Origin: an uncultured Chloroflexia bacterium | Lineage (GTDB): Bacteria > Chloroflexota > Limnocylindria > Limnocylindrales > CSP1-4 | NCBI GenBank assembly: GCA_963813535.1 | Contig: CAWEZH010000002.1 | Location: 640,001-704,000, forward strand | DNA length: 64,000 bases | Reading direction: 5' to 3' | In this document: positions 58,898 through 64,000 of the stretch, one piece after another | Layout of the letters: each line of letters opens with the position of its first letter | How positions within the stretch are numbered: the stretch's first letter is position 1 | Translations under genes and position numbers: made by a program | Notes under the pieces: generated by a model | The model's input: only the letters and a program-made list of their open reading frames with translations | Databases searched by the model: none | What the model was told of the DNA's origin: nothing

Positions 58898-61510
58898 GTG
58901 GGGGGTGAGCCGCCGCCGGACGATCTGACCGCGGAACAGCCGCCGGCCGTGCCGGAGCCGCCGGGCGTGCCGGAGCCGGTCAGTGCCGACCCCTCGCCTC
59001 TGCCGGAGCCCGCTCCAGCGCTCCCTCCGCCGCCCCCGCTGTTCGGCCAGCCCGTGCCGGCGGCCATCGCGCCGCCGCCGCAACCAGGCATCCCCGCCAC
59101 CGTCGGCGGCACCCGCCTGCGGTGGATCGCCTTCGCGGCCGGCGTCCTCGGCCTGATCCTCGGCGCGACCGCGGTCCGGTGCGCCGCCTTGCTCAGCGGC
59201 CGGATCGACCCCGACCTCGTCTCGACCCCCGAGCTCGAGGCGTTCGGCACGGTCGCGATCATCACGCGCTTGGCATTGCTCGTCGTCGTCATCGCTGGGG
59301 CGGTCGCCGGCCGGCGCTGGGCGGACCGGATGCGGCGATCGCTCGCGCTTCTTGGTGACGACCGGCCGCTCTCGGCACCCGCGCGTCGGACGACCCAGGT
59401 CGCGATCGCTCTCGGGCTCATCGGCCTGGTGCTGGTCGTCGTCGGGACGCTGATCCCGGTGCTCGGGTCCGGTCGGGATCCCGCGCGTATCGGATGGGTC
59501 GTCATCGCCCTCGGAGCCCTGCTCCTGCCGATCGCGGCCGGCCTGTCCATCTGGCTGATCGGCGACATCGAGCGGCGCGAGGCCGTACAGATCCATGCCC
59601 GTTGCCCCTGGTTGCCCGCACCGGGCGACCGCGATCGCCGATGGCCCATCGCCGCGATCGCTGCCCTCGCCGTCGTCGCGATCGTCCCGCCATCGCTCGA
59701 CGTTCCGTACTTGACCAGCGACCGCGTATGCCGCGCGACGGAGCTCGAATGCCGCTGGGTCCTCGTCCAGGCAGACCAGGTCGCGAACGATCCGCGGGGC
59801 CCGACGCGGCTGCTCCACTACGGCCTCCACCGAGCCACGGGCACGCCACAGGGAACGCTCGTCATCGCGACCGGGGGACCGGGGATCAGCGGCATCGCCT
59901 ATGCGGACGCGACCGTCCGCGCGCTCGATCCTCGACTCGTGGAGAGCCTCGACATCGTCCTGTTCGACACGCGCGGCGTCGGCAATTCCGACTACGTCGA
60001 CTGTCCGGTCGCCAGCGAGCGCTACCAGTCGACGCTGTGGTTCGACGCCGTCGCCGCGGTGATCGACGACTTCGTCACGGCCTGCATCGGCGAAACGGGG
60101 GTCGATCCGGGGCGGCTGGCGGAGTTCGGCAGCATCCAGCTCGCCGAGGACATCGAGACGATCCGACGCGATCTCGGCATCGAGCGCATCGCGCTGTACG
60201 CCGAGAGTTACGGCACGGTCGCCGCCCAGCGCTACGTGGTCGCCCACCCGGAGCACGTCTCAGCGCTGATCCTCGACGGCGCCATCGACATCGCCCAGCC
60301 GACCGACGCCACGTGGATCGAGGCGACGCGCGGGTTCGATGACGTGCTCCAGCGAACCCTCAGGGCCTGCGCCTCGACCACGGGGTGTCGCTTCCACGAC
60401 GCATCGGTCTGGAACAACGTCCTCGGCTCGCTCGAAGGCGGGACCGTGTCGGCCTCGTATGCCGACGTGGATGGTGCGGTCACGGACTGGCCGCTGACCG
60501 CCGAGGCGGCGCGCGACACGTTGATCGATGCGATGTACGACCGGGTCGGTCGGATGCTGACGTTGCGTGCTTTGACGGCCGCGGAAGCCGGCGACTGGGT
60601 ACCGCTCGCCCGGATGATCTATAGCGGCTCAGGGCCGTACTCCACGTCGAGCATCGCGTCGGACTTCACCTACTACGCGACGTCATGCGCGGATCGCTTC
60701 GTCGACGGCCCCGACACGGACGCCGGGCAGTACCTGGACTGGCTCGCGCGCTCGCCATTCGCGACATCCCCCGCCGGCAGCGTGTACCTGTCGAGCGCTG
60801 CGTGCCACGCGTGGCCGCTGCCACCGGGCACGACCCCGCCGGTCGCTGTCCCCGGGACCGCCGACTTCCCGGTGCTCATCCTGGCCGCGACGGGCGACCC
60901 GATCACGCCGGCGGCGCACGGGCAGCGAATCTTCGACCGATATCGCTCGATCGCCGACACGTACCTGATCGAGACCCGCGACGGCCCGCACGTGACGTTC
61001 GCGCGCGGATGGGCCTGCCCCGATGACCTCGTGATCGACCTCCTGATCCACGGGACCCGACCGTCGCAACCGCGCACGTCGTGCCCCGGTGACATCGTCG
61101 CTCCGTACCTCGAATTCCCGGAGACCGCCAGCGGGGATCCGATCGCCGATCGCGCGAGCGCGCTCGACCTCGAGCTCCTGGCGCACCCCGATTACTGGGC
61201 ATGGGACGGCAGCGCGCCGCTGGCCGTCGGCTGCCGCTACGGCGGGCGGATCGAGGTCCAGGCGAAGGCGGATCCCGACGACCGCATCGAGCACATCACC
61301 ATCGATCGCTGCGCGGTCGTGCGCGATGAGCCCATGTCGGGCACGGGCACCTACCGCGGCCTCGACGAAGCGGAGTTCGACGTCGAGTCGCCGCGGATCG
61401 AGTTCACCTACCGGATCGTCGGCGCGAACCGCTACACGATGGACGACGCGGGAATCTCGGCGACCTGGAGCGGTCGGTATCAGGGTCGCGCGTACGAGGG
61501 CAGCCGCTGA
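58898..61510 (+). CDS. Membrane-anchored alpha/beta hydrolase (TAP-like peptidase) with multi-TM N-terminus
   Basis: Pro-rich N-terminus, ~5 TMs, TGGPG, FDTRGVG, AESYG, GDPITP, GPH. Confidence 0.8.
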   Translation: MGGEPPPDDLTAEQPPAVPEPPGVPEPVSADPSPLPEPAPALPPPPPLFGQPVPAAIAPPPQPGIPATVGGTRLRWIAFAAGVLGLILGATAVRCAALLSGRIDPDLVSTPELEAFGTVAIITRLALLVVVIAGAVAGRRWADRMRRSLALLGDDRPLSAPARRTTQVAIALGLIGLVLVVVGTLIPVLGSGRDPARIGWVVIALGALLLPIAAGLSIWLIGDIERREAVQIHARCPWLPAPGDRDRRWPIAAIAALAVVAIVPPSLDVPYLTSDRVCRATELECRWVLVQADQVANDPRGPTRLLHYGLHRATGTPQGTLVIATGGPGISGIAYADATVRALDPRLVESLDIVLFDTRGVGNSDYVDCPVASERYQSTLWFDAVAAVIDDFVTACIGETGVDPGRLAEFGSIQLAEDIETIRRDLGIERIALYAESYGTVAAQRYVVAHPEHVSALILDGAIDIAQPTDATWIEATRGFDDVLQRTLRACASTTGCRFHDASVWNNVLGSLEGGTVSASYADVDGAVTDWPLTAEAARDTLIDAMYDRVGRMLTLRALTAAEAGDWVPLARMIYSGSGPYSTSSIASDFTYYATSCADRFVDGPDTDAGQYLDWLARSPFATSPAGSVYLSSAACHAWPLPPGTTPPVAVPGTADFPVLILAATGDPITPAAHGQRIFDRYRSIADTYLIETRDGPHVTFARGWACPDDLVIDLLIHGTRPSQPRTSCPGDIVAPYLEFPETASGDPIADRASALDLELLAHPDYWAWDGSAPLAVGCRYGGRIEVQAKADPDDRIEHITIDRCAVVRDEPMSGTGTYRGLDEAEFDVESPRIEFTYRIVGANRYTMDDAGISATWSGRYQGRAYEGSR

Positions 61511-61583
61511 TCCGCGACGGTCGTCGACGAACCGCAGCGTGTCACCATAGGTGTCGATCCCGACCGCCCGAGGACGCCGCTCG

Positions 61584-62723
61584 ATGAGCCCGACGCCCGT
61601 CACCTTCGCGACGCCGAACCAACCGTCGTCGTACACGTGGGAAGCGACCAACGAGGAGGTCGCCGAACGGTACGGGGTGCCCATCGACGAGATCGTCCGG
61701 TTCGACCTGAATACCGCACCCCTCCCGCCCGACCTCGCCCAGCGCGTGATGGACGCGGGGCGGTTCCACACATCGTTGTCGGAGTACCCGCCCGCCGACT
61801 ATCGACGTCTGGTCGAGGCAGCCGCCGGTCGATATGGCGTCGACACGGAGGAACTGGTCGTGGGTGCCGGGGCGGACGAGATCCTCGACGTGATCGGCAA
61901 GACGTTCCTGGTCGAGGGATCCCACGCCATCATCCCCGTGCCGACCTACGCGATGTTCCGCGTCATCACGGAACAGCGCGGGGCGGTCGCGACGCTCGTC
62001 CCGCGGCTCGGCCCCGGCGAGGGCTATGCACTCGACATCCCGGCCGTGCGCGAGGCGGCACGAGATGCCGCGCTGCTGTGGCTCTGCTCCCCCAACAACC
62101 CGACCGCGCAGTCCGAGCCGGACGGCACGATCGAGACGCTGCTAGGACTCATTTCGGCCGACGCGGCCTCGGACGTCCGACCGGTGCCGATCGTCGTGAT
62201 CGACGAGGCATATTCCGAGTTCGCGGGTCGGACGCTGGCGGCGTTGCGGTTCGCCCACCCGAACCTCATCGTCATTCGGACGGCCAGCAAGGCCTACGCG
62301 CTGGCGGGTCTGCGGGTCGGCTTCGCCATCGCCCGACCGGAGCTGGTCGCTCGGATGAACCCGATCCGTCCGCCGGGGTCCGTCTCCACGGTATCGGTGA
62401 CCGTCGTGACCGAGGCGCTGCTGGACGACGATCTGGCGGCCTCGAACGTCGCGCGCGTGGCGGAAGAACGGGAGCGGCTCATCGCGGGGCTATCTGACGC
62501 TGGCTGGTCGGTGGGACCGTCGACCACGAACTTCGTGCTGGTGGACCTGGGCTCGGTCGATCATGCCGCGGCTGCTGCCGAGGCCCTCCTCCGACGTGGC
62601 CTGGTGCCCCGCACGTTCCCGGAGACCCACCCGCTGGCCGACCACCTCCGATTGACGGTCCGCAGCCCCGAGCAGAACCACCGTCTGATCGCCGCAGCCC
62701 GGGAGCTCGAAACGGCGTCGTAG
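61584..62723 (+). CDS. hisC: Histidinol-phosphate aminotransferase
   Basis: GADE, CSPNNPT, DEAY, RTASKAYALAGLRVG. Confidence 0.88.
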   Translation: MSPTPVTFATPNQPSSYTWEATNEEVAERYGVPIDEIVRFDLNTAPLPPDLAQRVMDAGRFHTSLSEYPPADYRRLVEAAAGRYGVDTEELVVGAGADEILDVIGKTFLVEGSHAIIPVPTYAMFRVITEQRGAVATLVPRLGPGEGYALDIPAVREAARDAALLWLCSPNNPTAQSEPDGTIETLLGLISADAASDVRPVPIVVIDEAYSEFAGRTLAALRFAHPNLIVIRTASKAYALAGLRVGFAIARPELVARMNPIRPPGSVSTVSVTVVTEALLDDDLAASNVARVAEERERLIAGLSDAGWSVGPSTTNFVLVDLGSVDHAAAAAEALLRRGLVPRTFPETHPLADHLRLTVRSPEQNHRLIAAARELETAS

Positions 62724-62751
62724 CGCTCCGGGCTGAGGCGCGGATCCAGGG

Positions 62752-64000
62752 CTACCGCTGCAGGCGCCCGATCTCCCGTCGACGCTTGCCGATGCGCACG
62801 TCCAGCCACTCCCCGCCGACCAGCTCCGGGACGTCGGCGCCGTCGGCGACCCGTGTGCCGTTGACCGTCACCCCACCGCCCGCGATCAAGCGACGGGCCT
62901 CTCCGCGCGACGGGATGACCCCGGCATCGGCCAGCAGCCCTGCCAGGCCACCGGCCATGACCTCGGACGTGAACGTGAACCCGCCGGTCGAGTCGAAGAG
63001 CGACCGGAGCACCTGCGGGTCGGAGATCGATTCGCCGGAGAAGAGGGCCGCGCTGTCGGACTCGGCCTGGGCGGCGAGGGCTTCGCCGTGTGTTCGCGCG
63101 GTGATGTCACGCGCAAGGGCGCGCTGGGCGGCGCGGGTCTCAGGATGCTCCGCAAGCTCGGCCTCGAGGCCCGCGATGCGCTGGCGGTCGAACTCGGTGA
63201 ACCAGCGCAGGTACGTGCCCACGTCCCGGTCGTCCGCGTTGAGCCAGTACTGGTAGAACGCGAACGGCGTCGTCCGCTTCGGGTCGAGCCAGATCGAGTC
63301 GCCCGCGTCGCTCTTGCCGAACTTGGAGCCCGATGGCGAGAGCAACAGCTTGTAGGCCAGCCCGTGAGCGGGCTGCTCCGGGGCGTCCTCCCCTACCCCG
63401 CTGGTCCGCCGGATCAGCTCGAGCCCCGCGGTGATGTTGCCCCACTGGTCGGCGCCGCCCATCTGGAGCTCCACGCCCAGCGTCCGGTGCAGGTGCCAGA
63501 AGTCGTACGCCTGGAGGAGCATGTAGCTGAACTCGGTGTAGGACAGCCCGCGGTCGAGGCGTACCTGGACGGAGTCCTTCGCGAGCATGTACGGGATCGT
63601 GAAGTGCTTGCCCGTGTCACGCAGGAAGTCGATGAGCGACAGCTCGCCGAGCCAATCGAGGTTGTTGACCATCGATGCCGCGCCGGCCCCCGGGCTGAAG
63701 TCGAGAAACCGCTCGAGCTGGCCGCGGATGGCCGCAACGTTCGTCTCGAGGGTCGGCCGGTCCAGCAGGTTGCGCTCGGTCGACCGACCGGACGGGTCGC
63801 CGATCATCCCGGTCCCACCGCCGACGACGGCGATCGGCCGCCCGCCGGCCCGCTGCAGCCGGAGCAACCCGAAGATCGGGACGAGGTGGCCGGCATGGAG
63901 CGAATCGGCACTCGGGTCGAAGCCGATATACCCGGAGATCGGCCGGCCCGTGGCGAGTCGATCGGCCAGACCGGGGGTCGTGGCGTGCAGGATGCCACGC
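62752..64000 (-). CDS. tyrS: Tyrosine-tRNA ligase (5' end outside window)
   Basis: GFDPSADSLHAGH, YMLLQAYD, GGADQWGNI, KFGKS, S4-like C-terminus. Confidence 0.96.
   Translation of the reverse strand, partial: RGILHATTPGLADRLATGRPISGYIGFDPSADSLHAGHLVPIFGLLRLQRAGGRPIAVVGGGTGMIGDPSGRSTERNLLDRPTLETNVAAIRGQLERFLDFSPGAGAASMVNNLDWLGELSLIDFLRDTGKHFTIPYMLAKDSVQVRLDRGLSYTEFSYMLLQAYDFWHLHRTLGVELQMGGADQWGNITAGLELIRRTSGVGEDAPEQPAHGLAYKLLLSPSGSKFGKSDAGDSIWLDPKRTTPFAFYQYWLNADDRDVGTYLRWFTEFDRQRIAGLEAELAEHPETRAAQRALARDITARTHGEALAAQAESDSAALFSGESISDPQVLRSLFDSTGGFTFTSEVMAGGLAGLLADAGVIPSRGEARRLIAGGGVTVNGTRVADGADVPELVGGEWLDVRIGKRRREIGRLQR

Overview
High-GC bacterial chromosomal DNA. Gene content and order suggest Chloroflexota, probably Limnocylindria-like (inference). 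The left ~27 kb is a run of accessory metabolic and stress genes: acs 3' end, HAD, GH3, a DHFR-fold/class III cyclase fusion, DipZ-like thioredoxin, flavoenzymes, truncated haemoglobin, F420 nitroreductases, LtrA and an OafA-type acyltransferase. The right ~37 kb is mostly minus-strand housekeeping: hflX-miaA, miaB, ymdB-rny, recX-recA, tgt-ruvB, ruvA-ruvC-yebC, EF-G-like, hisC and tyrS. A ~10 kb catabolic cluster (flavin oxidoreductase, non-pyrrolysine MttB, nucleoside hydrolase, ABC transporter) sits between miaA and miaB. Best non-obvious signals: (1) a 28-bp dif-like Xer site at 20749-20776, where gene orientation and GGGNAGGG (KOPS) polarity both flip, so the window probably spans the replication terminus; (2) a ~253-bp tandem block repeat at 26.8-27.25 kb with alternative hairpins and DnaA-box-like motifs; (3) a 111-bp regulatory module duplicated at an exact 1052-bp offset, one copy before a secreted repeat protein and the other before a candidate ~70-nt sRNA with a UCCCCCC loop; (4) a 125-nt rod hairpin between recA and recX; (5) a TGT with queuine-salvage-like pocket residues. 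Several frameshifts look like sequencing errors. No tRNA, rRNA, CRISPR array or transposase was seen.
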